A stretch of 59,851 nucleotides of DNA, the filler included, from Catajapyx aquilonaris (taxonomy: Eukaryota): NCBI GenBank assembly GCA_000934665.2. It is 3 parts of 3 records of this genome, joined end to end, with 100 filler letters (N's around TTAATTAATTAA, not from the genome) between each part and the next. Parts side by side here need not be neighbours in the genome. Positions count along the whole stretch, not along the records: positions 19,939 to 39,771 come from JYFJ02006381.1; 2 more parts are not named here. One strand, written 5' to 3'. Position numbers and translations under genes: made by a program. Under the pieces are notes generated by a model. It saw only the letters and a list, made by a program, of their open reading frames with translations, searched no databases and was not told where the DNA came from. Of the stretch, positions 22,901 to 36,300 are shown in pieces (positions within the stretch are counted from its first letter, which is position 1; every line of letters begins with the position of its first letter).

Positions 22901-25900
22901 ACTTTTTAATGACACTTTTAGTGGATGAATTGCATTGTTTTTGTGGGCGATCATGTACATGTGCGGGCATGTGCGTTGGACATTTGCTAACTTTTGTGTC
23001 GTTAGGTAGTGGAATTTTTGAAGTATGGGTGAGTGTAATGAGATGTATGAACTAAAGTAAAACAGTACAGGATGATTATTCCAAACTTTTACTTACAGCA
23101 AGCGTTAATGACAGAATAGGAAACATGGCACGTATTAAACGCATTACTCAAAATAATATTATGCATACGGTACAGTTGACGTGGATGAATATGGGAATTG
23201 GCTAGAAATATACCTCCATACCCTTTGTGCTCTATTTTATCATCGCTTCTTGTATAAACTGGACGTTTTTTTTGCTTCATTGCAAAATAAAGCACTGTCC
23301 AGAAAGTTTCTCTGAATAACGCATGATCAAAAGAAACCAATACTGCGAAAAACCCTTTCTACAAACCGGAATTTTACCGTAATGCTGGTACCACAAAGAG
23401 TTTTCCCCACCAATGGTATGTGGAAAATGGACCGTAGAGGAAAAGTATGACATTTGTGCAGACAAGGGATAACTTTGGCAACCAAAAACAGAGGACACTG
23501 GTCAGAATGTTGACATTTCAATATTTTGTTGGCATGCTCCGCAAAAAATAAACGCTGAAGCTGTGTGCATGATTTACATGTTTTTAGGGCTACTGAGAGT
23601 GAGCACATAAGATGCATAATTCACCAAATGTTCGCTTGCGTTGTTTGCCTCATTTTCTAGTCGAGTTAGTAACAAAAAATTTCGTAAAAGTAAACATCTC
23701 AGTTATTCGTGTTTCATGTCCTAAATATAGATTCTAATCATTTCTTATAATGCAAAAACCAATAATTAAATTATGTTTTTTTTCCGCACACCTTGTGTCG
23801 ACAGCATGCCACTCATCTACCTGGTCACGGTCAACTCACTACTCTTCATTGGCTTACCTCCAGCTAATGCAAACAAATTCCTCCCCGTTCCACTTCCATG
23901 CCAAAAAGGTCACCATATTCAGGAGATGGACTCCTCCCAAGGGCATCTCAGCGGAAAAAACGCGGTGTCTCTGTCGGAATGCTCATACATGCAACAGGCC
24001 AAATGGGAATGAAAAGCAAAGGAAATTATTATAGTCAGCTAGGGTCTGTCGTGATGTCAACCTCCATGGAGAGAAGAAAACAGACACCTCTTCGAAATAT
24101 TGCATCAAATTACATGCACCTCAAGGACACAAACTATATAGACCTGAATATGGGAATGAGAAAAGTTGCATAATTATATGCAGTTTTTTTCGCATATGTG
24201 GGGTACAGTACATGTTGCGGTCAGCAGCATTGCGGCTCTGCATTAATTCTTCAGGGAGGAAAAGTACGGAGGCACGGAGTAGTTTTTATGTTTCCAATGT
24301 GGCTTTTTAGGAGTTCCAGACTGAAATTGCTAAGGGATGGTTGTGTTACGTACCTTTTCATTCCGTCCTTAGTGCCAAAAACCATATATGAAAAGAGTAA
24401 TATTCAGAGCCGACGATGTAGGTCTGGGAATATTGCGTGCTATCAAAACTTGGAAAGCACTTTCTGCACCTCGGGTTCATTTCAACAAACGTTGTAGGTC
24501 TCTTTCGGTCGACTGTGCCCTGTGTACATTACTGTATATTGTAATGAAATCATGCTCATGGGAAAAGAAAAATATAACGTCAACTGTATGTGAAAGGATG
24601 CATTCAAAACAAGTTAGTGACGCACAATATTGCTTATATAATGTAACTCAGCATATGAGCAGACTCTATGACCATAACGTTGAAAAGTATAGGAGAAGAG
24701 ATCGGTTCTGTTCCAACATCAAATTGCCGTTTCGTTATCTATCTGACGTGAATAATAGCTTAGCTTGCCACACTCATTGTTGAGCTTATTTACGGACTGC
24801 ATGTGTGTGTGACAGTGTCGCGATAAAATATTGGCCAAGTCTGGCAATTTCCAACGGGATGATGTATTGTCCTTGAACCCACTCTTCTTAACTGTCTACT
24901 TGCATAAAGCAGTCAAGTGTGGTTAAAGACCTCTTTGGTGATGTTGATATTCAAATTGACTGGCAAAATGAAACACGGTCCGGATGACGAGCAGCACGTC
25001 ATATTGAGTTTATTTCGCCTCGTAAGACACTCCAAACTAATTACTCACTTAATGAAGTTAGTTAATAAGAAATTCCTTAAGGCTCTTGGGATGCTTAAGC
25101 ACCACATAAAAGGGATAGTTAGCGTGTATTCCTTGATGTATAAGGGGCTTTACAAAGCCTGTTCAATTTTGCTCCTATTCAAAATGTGCTCCGCAAATAC
25201 CTATAACAGTTTGTGTGCTATTGGGTTTTGCAGTTTAAGTATCAGTTTGTGCTATAATTTTGTGGTGTGGCCTTTCACGAAGATGATGGGCCCACCATGT
25301 AACTATTGTTAAAAATTCGCCAATTTCCAGGTGCTTTGGTTTAGGGTATTGTTGCATGGCGGTTACTGCGTTTTGCTAGGTGCGGCCGATTTGGCATGAA
25401 ACTGCGCATCAGGTTGTTAATAACGGAAATCCGTGGTGGCGCAATAGGTTTCGTAAAACTAATTAGAGCAGCATTGAAGCAGCAGCGATGAAGACAGTGG
25501 TGCAAAATTACTGCAGGCGGGTTTCCACTGATGGCAGGGTCAAACGTTGCAATTAGCGTGGTTGTTAGTATTTTTCATATTTTTGGGATGGATTCTTTTG
25601 AATTTTGTTGAAGCGGAAAAATTCAGGTAATACGTTTTCCGATTTGTAACTGCGTAGTTTATGTTGCGTTAGGAATGTTGGGAAAGAAGTTTTATAACAT
25701 ATTACGTCAAAAAAGTGGGAATTACTCGTAATGTGGCAAGAGTTGTGGTTGTTGGTAATCTTAGGAAGAAAATATCATGTGATTCAAGTAACCTGCTAGC
25801 TTTAAATGCAGATTTCACTTTTATAAAGTTTACCCGGAGATATGCATGATTTATTTGGTTCATTATACTTTTAAGATAGCATGATGTTAGGAAGTGTAAA

Positions 25901-26214
25901 TAAATTTTTAAGGTAACTGGAAACCTCATTGAAAATTTAATGTTTTAAAAAAATGTAGTGTGGCATTTTAGTGAGGTCAGTGGCGAACAGGATGGAGACA
26001 AAATTGATGGTGGAAAGGTGAGCATATCTGAAATTTAGGGTCCTTGAGACGTTCTACTCTCTACTGGATGTGACATCACCAAGATCAGCTGCAGGCTATG
26101 AAAGGAAAATGAGCCTTTATTGAGCAAGGAACAGTATTCTGATAAAAAATTCGTATTTTCCACTATCATGTGTGAAAAAAGTACTTTAAAGACCATGGCT
26201 ATGGACCATGGCAT

Positions 26215-26317
26215 GGGTGGAATATTCATCTCACTAATAGTCACTGCTAACTTATCAATTGCCAACACTTGTACTGCTAAGTTAGCAGTGACTATCAGTG
26301 GTACGAAAATTCCACCC
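26215..26317. mobile_element. Short palindromic element with GGG...CCC ends (PIF/Harbinger-like MITE)
   Basis: GGGTGGAATATTC..ATAGTCACTGCTAACTTA is inverted against TAAGTTAGCAGTGACTAT..GAAAATTCCACCC. TSD not clear. Confidence 0.6.
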
Positions 26318-29300
26318 TAATATTATGAAATACGCGTACAATGATTAGCCTTAACACCACTGACGTCAGGTGTACTTTTGGCCGATAGATTGGATACAGT
26401 ACCAGGGAGCATATACTACATGACAGTACACTGATTTATGCCATGGGAAATAAAAGTACTGAACAAGATTTTCCGTGTACGTGTGAGCGGGTAAGTAAAC
26501 ATTCATTACTCTCGGAGCTCTACAGTATTAGGCCCATAATTAGGCATATTTGAATTTGACGCAATAAATCGCATTTAACATGCAATCCGGCACACTGAGC
26601 AAAAGATTTAATTTGTTGAAAATTAGCAATACAGTATATATTAGTCCCTAAACAATAGAGCCTAACATAATAAGCTTATTATTAAGGTTCATTACATTTG
26701 TGAATTTAATAGACAGTATTGATAAAATTATCTCTTTGTATATTCCACTAATGTTAAAGATTCGTCGGGGAATAACGTATAAGGAGGCTTTTCATTTTAA
26801 TGCGATTCGCGATTTCAAAGTTAAATAAAATAGTTTTTTTCATATTCTTTGTTCAAATTAAGTTCTTTGCCCTGCGTTATTGGCTCACCAAGAAGAACGA
26901 ATAAAAGTAAGAGGAAATCAAATAAAGCAAAGTGAGTAAAGAAAGAGAAGAGAAAAGGACAAAGTAAGTGGGACGTGACTATCCGCCTCTGGGGGGTATC
27001 TCGTATTGTCCTTGAGATCTGGAGCCCGAGGAAAACTTTGGAGACCTTTTATGTCTGTCCTACAAGTATATACAGTATAGAGTCGTCATGGGTTTGTCTG
27101 CAACTAATCCATTACAGATTAAAGGGACATTGAGAGAAACAGAACATGAACAGGCTTCGGCACATGATAATATTGATAATATACATTAGATATAATGTCT
27201 CGTAATAATGATAATATATACACTAGATATGTTTTTCTGTCGTTTATTTCTCAACACTTTGGTATAATTCGAGCTATTAGGTTAATTGTTTCACTTATTC
27301 GATATTTTTATTGTGTATAAATGCATAATACGTACTGTGCGGGATAAACAAATTATCACATTGCCATTAATAGTATATTTTATGAAAAATCAAAAGCCGA
27401 TCTGAAATTAGTGCAGTACAAAAAAAGGTTAGGACATCTATCAAAGCTTTCTTTTACAATTTTGCAGAGTAGTATAATTAATGGTATGCACTCCATTTAA
27501 TTTATTTATAAGATTTTTAAAAAAACTGGCCAAAAATGCTCTATTGCCTACATGACCAGTGAACTCTTTAGAAAAATGAGACTGGGCGGTCAATATTTGC
27601 TTAAGATGGAAGAAGCGAGTTTGCTTCTCTTTTTTTGCTGAAGGAGATTAATGGGCTCACGGAAAATGCGGTGGTCTCAAGGGATCTTTCTTGAAATTCT
27701 TGTTCGATCCTGTGGTGTGAATGACTTCCACGTTGAACTTGTCAGCTTATCTGTTCAATACGCCGATAAGGAAAATCTGCCGTGAAAACAGTTCTACGCA
27801 ACGTTTCGTTTAACACATTTAAACATTTAAAAGAAACTTACTGACATTTTATTTGCTCGTGTGCATGTAACTCTTGAGCTTGGTTATCAAATCATATGTA
27901 TGAAATTTACAACCTCCCTGTATATGAAGGAATTTGGACGCCTTAATGGACTGGTGTTACATCACCCACATCGAGAAATTACACAATGATTCAAGAAAAC
28001 ATAATTTGGTCTACACAGCCTCGCTACCTAGATTGGGCTGTAAAAAAGTAGCATAAAATATATCCGGATAGGTCTCCATCCCTCCGAACAACCTTGCCTT
28101 TTAACATGTATTTATTGCAGTTGTTACCATGCAATTTCAACTTAAACTGCATCATTAGGCTACTGTAGCTGGTAGCAGTCGCCGATGCGATGAAAGTGTC
28201 CCAGTAAGGCTGCAGAAACCAAATGGCATACCATTCAACTTGTAATCATCTAGTGATCAGGAATTCACCCTATAGAACCCCCCTTTACCTGAATCCCGAT
28301 AAAACATAAATGTGCACTTGCTGATAGTTTTTATTGCAACACGGGACACTTTAAGCAAAGGAGTTATCAAAGCACTGCACGTGCACCATAACATAATTTA
28401 ATGGCTCAAAGTATCACCTTGCCCCCTGTTTTAGTCCATAAAACCGTCGCGTCGTCTACGATACGTGCATCTACATTCCGCAGGATATGTATCTACACTC
28501 TACAGTCTACACTATAAGATGGAGAATCAGTTGTGGCATGTACAATATTAAAATTTTAATATATCTGAAAGACTTTTGGGTTTTGTTTCTCATATGATGT
28601 TGAAGGTCCTGACAAAGTGTTGAAACACATGCTGCAAGAGCTTCAAGTAAGTCTTAAATAAATATAATACTGCACTATGTAGTGGAAAACTTTAACAATA
28701 AGATTGATTAATTATGACGTTAATTGAGTGTGCATTTGACCGCAACATGAGCTCGTATATCTTAAAGTTCCCTTCATACTTCACCGGACCCTCTGCGGGA
28801 CCACTCGTAATTTGGGCTGGTAAACAAAGGTAACATAATTAAGACAGAATTGATGGCTTGGAGAGATTGAGTCAGTGGGCCAGTGTTTGTCAGTAATGAA
28901 TTGCTGGAGGAAACTCGCGCTGTTGGTTGCTGGAAGAATTAAAGTATGAGACACATTACTGTGTTTCAGTACATTGCAGAGCTTTAAGTAGTGGCACCGA
29001 TGTTTGTTTACACATTTATCAGTGATTCAGCATCGTGCAGCATCCTGTTACAAAATTTCGGAATAGAATTTTTACGGTGTTGTGTTGTATGATGTAAAAT
29101 GTTAATGCAGCTGCTACATTTTCGCATAAAACTTTCACCATGTAACCTTTTTGCTAATCTACATTTTTTACAATAATTTCTTCATTTTCAGGCAACTTGT
29201 TGCGCATAATACGGCTCCAGAAGAAAGGCGTGATATGAAAATTAGAGAGCAATTATGTCATCAGTTTTTTCGTGAAATTATATGCTAATACGGGACACTT

Positions 29301-32254
29301 ACATAGGCCTATAAGAGAATAGAAAATAAAAACAAGACCGATTACCCACTTTCATTAACACTGCGTTTGAGCCAAAGGTTCAGATTAAAACGAAACTGAG
29401 AGAGCTAGATCAATGTTGGTTATACTCCTTCCTCTCTGGAAAGTAATGTAAATAGCATTATTAATTTGAGAAGTATAATATTAATGTAAATATTGCAGTT
29501 GTATATACTGTAAGCTATCCAATTGCATACAGTAGTCTATATTCGTACATGCCAGAAAGCACTAATTATGTGTGCACATCTATATTTCGTTTAATTATAC
29601 AGTGTTATGCTATGAACTGTGTAAATACATATAAAACACTCACGTGCGTAAGCTTAGTTTCTTACAAGAAATAATAAACAACGATTTTTTTCAGTGTGAG
29701 AGTGCCGTGGGAATGTTCAGATGTTACTTTTTCTGGAATTGAACTACTGAACATTTCTTCCTCAGCACCTTCCTTTCCAATATTGGACTTTTTTCCCGTA
29801 TCGAAGTCTGCTTCAATTTACCTTCTTTCTGCAGGGAAGAATCGTTTCCTGCTTCATAAAGCATCTGTCACTCTTACAAATAACAGTTGGAAACGCCATG
29901 TCTCGTGTTATATCCCTACAGGATATTTTTGAAAGATCGGAAAATGATCTACATTTTCTATTTGGCACTGTCGAGGCTCCACGTCACAACGTAAGAGGAT
30001 GATCTGAAATGATGAAACACGATGTGTCCATGCTAGACGAACTGCTGTGTTCCATCACAATATAAGCAAAGTGATGCATGGTGACAGTGGACACAAAAGG
30101 TTATACCAACTCTGTAACTATCACATGACAACATTTCGCTTTAAAAAATTTCTCCATTCAATATAATAGCTCTCCCCATTTTAAGGCCTTGCGACAAGAC
30201 ATGCTACTTAGAACCTACCATTACGTCGTACCCTTGCTTTAGCAAATACCGCACAAGAGAAGCAAAGTGCAAGGTCTCATATTCTCCTCTCATTTGTTAT
30301 CTTGCTAACGAACCCAACACCTACACATTAGCCTTCTCTTGGCTTCACTGATGATTATTTCCTTAAACAAGGACTGGTGCAACACGCCATCGCAGATAAC
30401 CATGTTGCTCTAACGATTTCTTGTAACAACCCCTCGAGCAGAATCGGTGCATGCTCTTTTTTATCTGATATCTCGTGACGTAACGTAATTAGCAACATTC
30501 AGATTGATCTATACTATCTTGTTTCTATCGCATCATTACTGTGCTAGCAGTAGTAATCACGTTCCCCTTCGCTTAATTTTGGCAATGTGCCAAGCTGGCA
30601 TTGCAACTCTCTTGGTCATTACACTTCATATTTTTTTGTTATTGTTCAGCATATCCTAAGACGTACCTGGTACAGTTGAAAATCATCACACCGTAGCTTC
30701 GTCCAATTTTTGAGCCCTTATCCCTTTGTAAACAAGGTGCAAAAAGGGAGCATTTTTGAGGAAGTCCATGAGCAGACACTAGTTGCAACTTGTTGGCTGC
30801 AGCTACAAACACGCTCGCACATAGTAGGCATATAGTCTTTTGTATCTCCGGATGAAAGCACTCCTAATGAAAAGGGACGGTGGACAAAAGTAATTACCGG
30901 GACATGAACCCTTAATTTTGTTTTTTCACCGTTGCGAGGCCTCGTTTTCAGACGAAGGGTGAACGAGTTGACTTGGAAGGCGACGAGAAACTTCCTTTTA
31001 TTCTCCTTTTCCTTTTTATTGTGAAACCTAATACTCTTGGAGGACAGATTGAGCCCCTTTTCCTCAGAGACGTTACTCGACGACAAATGACGCTGTAACA
31101 AAGTCCAATCGGCCCATTCTTAGGGGAACGGATATATATTTTTTTTCGAAAATAGTTTTTTTTCCTCCGATATTCCCCGGGGCACGCTTCCGAGTCATTT
31201 TCACCACTTCTGACAACTTTGACAATTTTGGGGATCAACAAGTTTGGCGAGACGAAAGGACTATCACTGAGTGATTGAAAACGTGCTGGGATATGGAATT
31301 CTCGTGTTTGTTGTAAATAAGCCTAATATACCATCGGGTATAAATACATATATTAATAAGTAAAGTCAGTAGCAAATGAGGTCAACCAGAAATGTGACAC
31401 GATTAATGATCATGTGATTCTAATGATGAATTAATGCTATTACTGCAGTTGGCCTTGGTTGAGACTCTATAGGGTTTGTTCGAATGTAGCTCTTGCATAA
31501 CTGAATTAATTTACTTAGGTCCGTTTGCCCTACTTAATACATAATTCCACACTTTGCACATTTTTGGCCGTCAACCTTGATTAAATATTTGCGTGCACTC
31601 TGTAACTCGACCGAGACAAGCCGGGCCTCAAATGTGGGGTGATAACATTAGGATGAGATTGGTCCGGAACTCATCACGAGATTGGATTAGGCTTTTCACA
31701 GCAGGAGAGGGGGGTCGACCCAATATCACGTGGCTGATTACATCATAATACATTCCGCAGTAATGTCTAGAGAAAAGCTGCGCCAAGACTCTCACCGAGA
31801 TGAAAATCACTCATTTTACGACTCCACCTCTCGGTCCAAACGACTCACGTTAGGATCTCTAAAATTACCCAAATATTACTTCGGGGAGACCAGAGAAGAT
31901 GATAAAAGATGATATGTGTGGAAAGAGAGTGAAGCACGTACGATCGTTATCGGTACAATATTCCACAAATTTTCAGAAAAAATGTAATTCAATTTAGCCT
32001 CGAAATGTCTATCTACAGGTGTCTGGATGTGTGCTCGAAAACCTGCGTGCCATTTCGTAAATTATGTAATTTGAACAAGCCTGCTAATGTATGTGACTGT
32101 ACCCAGTAGGCCATATTTCACACAGGAAGACATCACGGAGAGGTATTATTCCTGGAGTAAGCCAAGCATTACTCTAACATCGTACATTGTATGAAAGGGC
32201 CAGATTACAATGTGAAATGCATGAAATTACATTTCGATAAGCTCACTGAGCATA

Positions 32255-32584
32255 TCTTCTTCTATATAAATAAAGCCGTTTGTGAGTCTGTCTGTCTGTC
32301 TGTCCGCCTGCCAACCGTCATTTAGGCAAATGACGGTTGGCAGGCGGACATCTGTGCTCCACCCCCAGGCCGGGAGAGGATGGAAGTGTTGGGGGTTGAT
32401 TGCAGATGGCAGGCCAATGATGGTTGCCGTTATACAGGCGGGAGAGGTTGAAGGTGTTGGAGTAGGAGGATCACAGATGGCATTGGTGGGCGGACACACA
32501 GAACGACAGACAGTTGACGGGGCTACTGGCAGGTGATTTCCCTTCATTCATTTCTTCCCGGGCAACGCCGGGTGCCGAAGCTAG
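32255..32584 (+). mobile_element. Non-autonomous Helitron
   Basis: 5' A|TC...TCTATATAAATAAA start, (TCTG)n microsatellite, and a 3' GC-rich hairpin CCCGGGCAACGCCGGG followed by CTAG. Confidence 0.75.
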
Positions 32585-32779
32585 CCTGAAATAAGCACAA
32601 AAATCCGGTTAATTGTGACTCGACTTTTGGCTACTCCCCTGCTATATCGTGTAACCAAGCTGCCAGTTGCAATTACACCCCCAACGACTCACGAACGTCG
32701 CTGTAAGGTGTACGTGACAAGGGAGATGCTTGACGGGTTGCCCAAATGAGTCTTGAAGTCTGGTAATGGAGGGCGCTGG

Positions 32780-33350
32780 AGCATTTCCACGCATTTCGTT
32801 CCAGGCTGGAACATGACTTTTCCACCATGCGAAATGAAGTAGATTCTGAGGGACGCTTTGTAATCGCTGCATCGGGTGACACCCCCTACTTGCTTTTGCT
32901 TAGTTGAATTCGTACCACCCGTCGAGATATTAAAGAGGGTGGGGGGTGGTTCTTCTCTTCAAGTTGTCTGCTGGAGGAGACAAAAGGAGAATGTTTGTTC
33001 TCCAAGGGACGGTGGCTGCGAGAGAAATTCCAAATATTAGAGCTTGAGACTTTCCTTGCCAGGCTTGTAGAGAAAGGTGGTGTAAAGGGTATTTGAAGAT
33101 GAATCTTTCATGCGCCACTCTTGGTGATGTAGTGCTTTTTGACACTGCTTTCTAGCCCTGCATAACGGCATTTAAAGATGTCAGGATGCATTATTTTGAG
33201 GAAGCCGAGGCGTAGCACTTGGAAGGCTCGGTGGTATTTCTTTGAGGATTTTCAAGGAGATGGTATATTGCATATTCTATAGACAAATGTATATTTGAGT
33301 GAATATTGGGAGTAAGAATAGTGCTAGCTTTCGAAGCACTCCGACTGAGA
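32780..33350 (+). pseudogene. Possible decayed ionotropic-receptor remnant (S2 to last transmembrane region)
   Basis: One frame with stops reads CLFSKGRWLREKFQILELETFLARLVEKGG, resembling the IR S2 pattern FPKGSPLREKF..RLVEAG. Later FEDFQG and a hydrophobic ..LAFE segment. Motif resemblance only. Confidence 0.25.
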
Positions 33351-36300
33351 GTGGGAGAATAGTGACGGTGCTCTTTGTTTAACATTTGAAGAATCTTTAG
33401 GGCTGAAATTTTGGGAAGAAATTTGAATATTCGGATTACTTCTATATACGGAGGACATCATTGTGATTGTAACAAGACTTGTGTAGGAGTTCACTCTGAT
33501 TATGGCAATTTCCTAATGAAAGGCTGAAATTTCAACTTCTGGATTTACTAAAACTAAATGCATCACCCTTCAGGAATTTGGTGCATTACATTACAATTAA
33601 AATACAATCATGAAATACGAGTATGCAGTATAGTGTACATATGATACGTGTCTAGCTTCGACACTTTTGTTTATTCGTGCAAAAACATTTTTAGCCAAAA
33701 CCTCTGAAAGTGTCGATATAAAGTGCGGAGGGTGTGAAGGTAAAAACCGTCCATAGATTATGTCCACAGTAAGCCGACCATGCCTCAATAAGTACTTTTG
33801 TGCACAGGAACTAGGGCGTGAGTAAATGAAGCACAATAACAGCATTTTAAAGCACTCACCAAAACGGCATGACGTGAATCAAACCGGATAGTCTGCGTTA
33901 CAGATGCAATTTAATTTTTGTTTAATTGGCTTTAATCTGTAAATTAATTCCTAGATAATTACTTATTATTTGATAGTGTTAGCCTAGAGGAATGTCACAG
34001 AGCAGATAAGGTGGAGACAACGGAGTTCTTTAGAGCTTTAAAGCACTGCATCATGCAAATTGACATGTCACTTTGGAATGAAAATTTACTTCTTAAAACC
34101 CGTTCTGAATGATGTGCTCTAAACTTACACGGATAAAAAGCTCATACCGCCTGTAATTAAATTAATATGACACCCCGCGTAATCAATATACATTGCATGA
34201 CGTAGTACAATGCACCGCTTGCTGTGCAGATTATAGTTCAACTGCATGTTTCCCAGTTCATTGAATCCCTAAGATTGCCTGACTCTTGAAGCCGGTTGGT
34301 GCATTGTGAAAGTCTCTCCTGGACTTTGGCGTAGTGTCGTTGGTATATTGAGGCACCCCGTCGGTATCAAAGGCCCTCTTTTCATGCATATAAATGGGAA
34401 AGAAATGTTCAAAAAGCACCGGATCTTCAATAGCATTCAGTTCCTCCAGATAGGAATGAATCATTCATAAGTGCCCTTCAATATTTTAGTACAGGGCGGT
34501 GCAGTGAACTGCAAGCACCTGATAAATTCCATAAGCATATAAAAATGCCAAACTTCTCTCAGCCTTAAAATCTAGGCATGCAGCTCTGTTGGCATGTATA
34601 CCAAGAGATTACGGGATTCTTTTTGATCAGGCATGTCCTGCCATATTTATGGCTTCTTAGAGTCAGTAGCCTCTCTGGACCTGCGAGTAGGTGGCAAACT
34701 ACAGGTATTGCATGCAAGAGGTCTATAAGTATATTTGAAAAAAATAACGCCCTTTGCCTCCAGACAGAGATCATGATGGGTTTCTCTACCCCAGCTCAAT
34801 GTACTGGAAGAAAAATATGGCAGACCTATAATGGAAACAGGTTGTGTGGTTGTCAGAGTTTGAGGCAGCAGTGGGAGTATAGTGATTGCGTGTAGGAGAA
34901 AGGCATTGCCCATTCTAAGTCGTTTACTGTGAGAAGCATAGGAGGATAAATTGTCGGAATTGCATCTTTCTTCGTGCGACTTCGTGCGAGGAATGTGACG
35001 ATAAGGGGATCTTTGTCAAATGGAGCAGAAGATTACCTTTGAAGATAGAGGCGGGAGTTTTTCAGACAAAGTGAATTTCCCCTTGGGAAGGACAGGCGTG
35101 ATGGCCATCTCTTTTGAAGTCTTGCCAAAATTGCCTAATGACACTTTCGTGCTCCTGTCATCATTAGGGCTCTGTCAATGCACATGAATAGTGGACTCAA
35201 TTCTTGTATGTAAGGTGCGCAGAAGTATGGTTTCGCTTGGAAGTTGTCAGCAACGTTTGAATCAAAGCTTAGAAACGGACGAAACGTTGGTAAACTAGTT
35301 AAAGCAGAATGAGGGCTAAACGAAAGTCACTGTCATGTTAGTTTTCTCTGATTCAGACGTTCCAATTTTAAATTATCAAATAAAGAATAGGCTGCAGGTA
35401 CTTCATCAGTGAGATAATTGTTCTAAAAATGGGATGTCAGAAAACTTACATTTACTAACAAGTCGCATTTGCCAATATCTTGATTACCAGTTGTTACTGA
35501 TTCCGGATTAAAAGGGCAATGGAAGCGGCCTAGAGTAGGCTATAGACTCTCCTCTCTAAGCTTCAGCTTTCACCTGCCTCCCAATCTCCCAACTTCATTT
35601 CCGCTACCAGATTAGGCGGAATTCAAAACAAACAATCCCGCGAGAGTCTTGGAACTATCCAAATAGCGAAATGTTTTTCCCTTACGGAGATTCAAGAGCG
35701 ATATTTTGCTCGCACGCATGCATCCTCAATTGAGATTATGCAATGTTTTTGAAATTCTAAATTTTAATACTCAAGTAGCCGGGTTCCACGCCTAAGACAT
35801 TGGTGAATGTTAGGGGATATTATTTAATGTCACATTCAGCCACATTTGAAACGTTTATCCTTACTATTCATAGCTACCCATCATGCTCTTCTCTTCACCG
35901 AAAAGTCTACTTTACAGGATAAACACGAGGGGAATGGAAAGCTGATTTAGACGTCTCACTGGCACATCTACAGGCTAACTTTATGCTGCACAATAACTTT
36001 TATGGAACCGATTTAATGCAGATGTTCAATTACACTCCTTCAATAATTTATGTTCCTTTTGATTCCCTCGATGCCCGTGTGGCTATTGTGCTGCAAATTG
36101 AGTCACTATTACCGAAAGCCGATTCTCGATTCCGCCAACGTTTTCCCAGGGCAGAGACGAAAGGCGAGGTGGACGATCGTACCATTTATCAACCCAGGAT
36201 ACAATCGACCGAGGCAAGCTGGCGGTGAGAATCAATTGATCCGCAATCCCCGCGAAGCAGTCACCAATATCCGCCAAAATGCTTCCCACACGTCTCCTCC

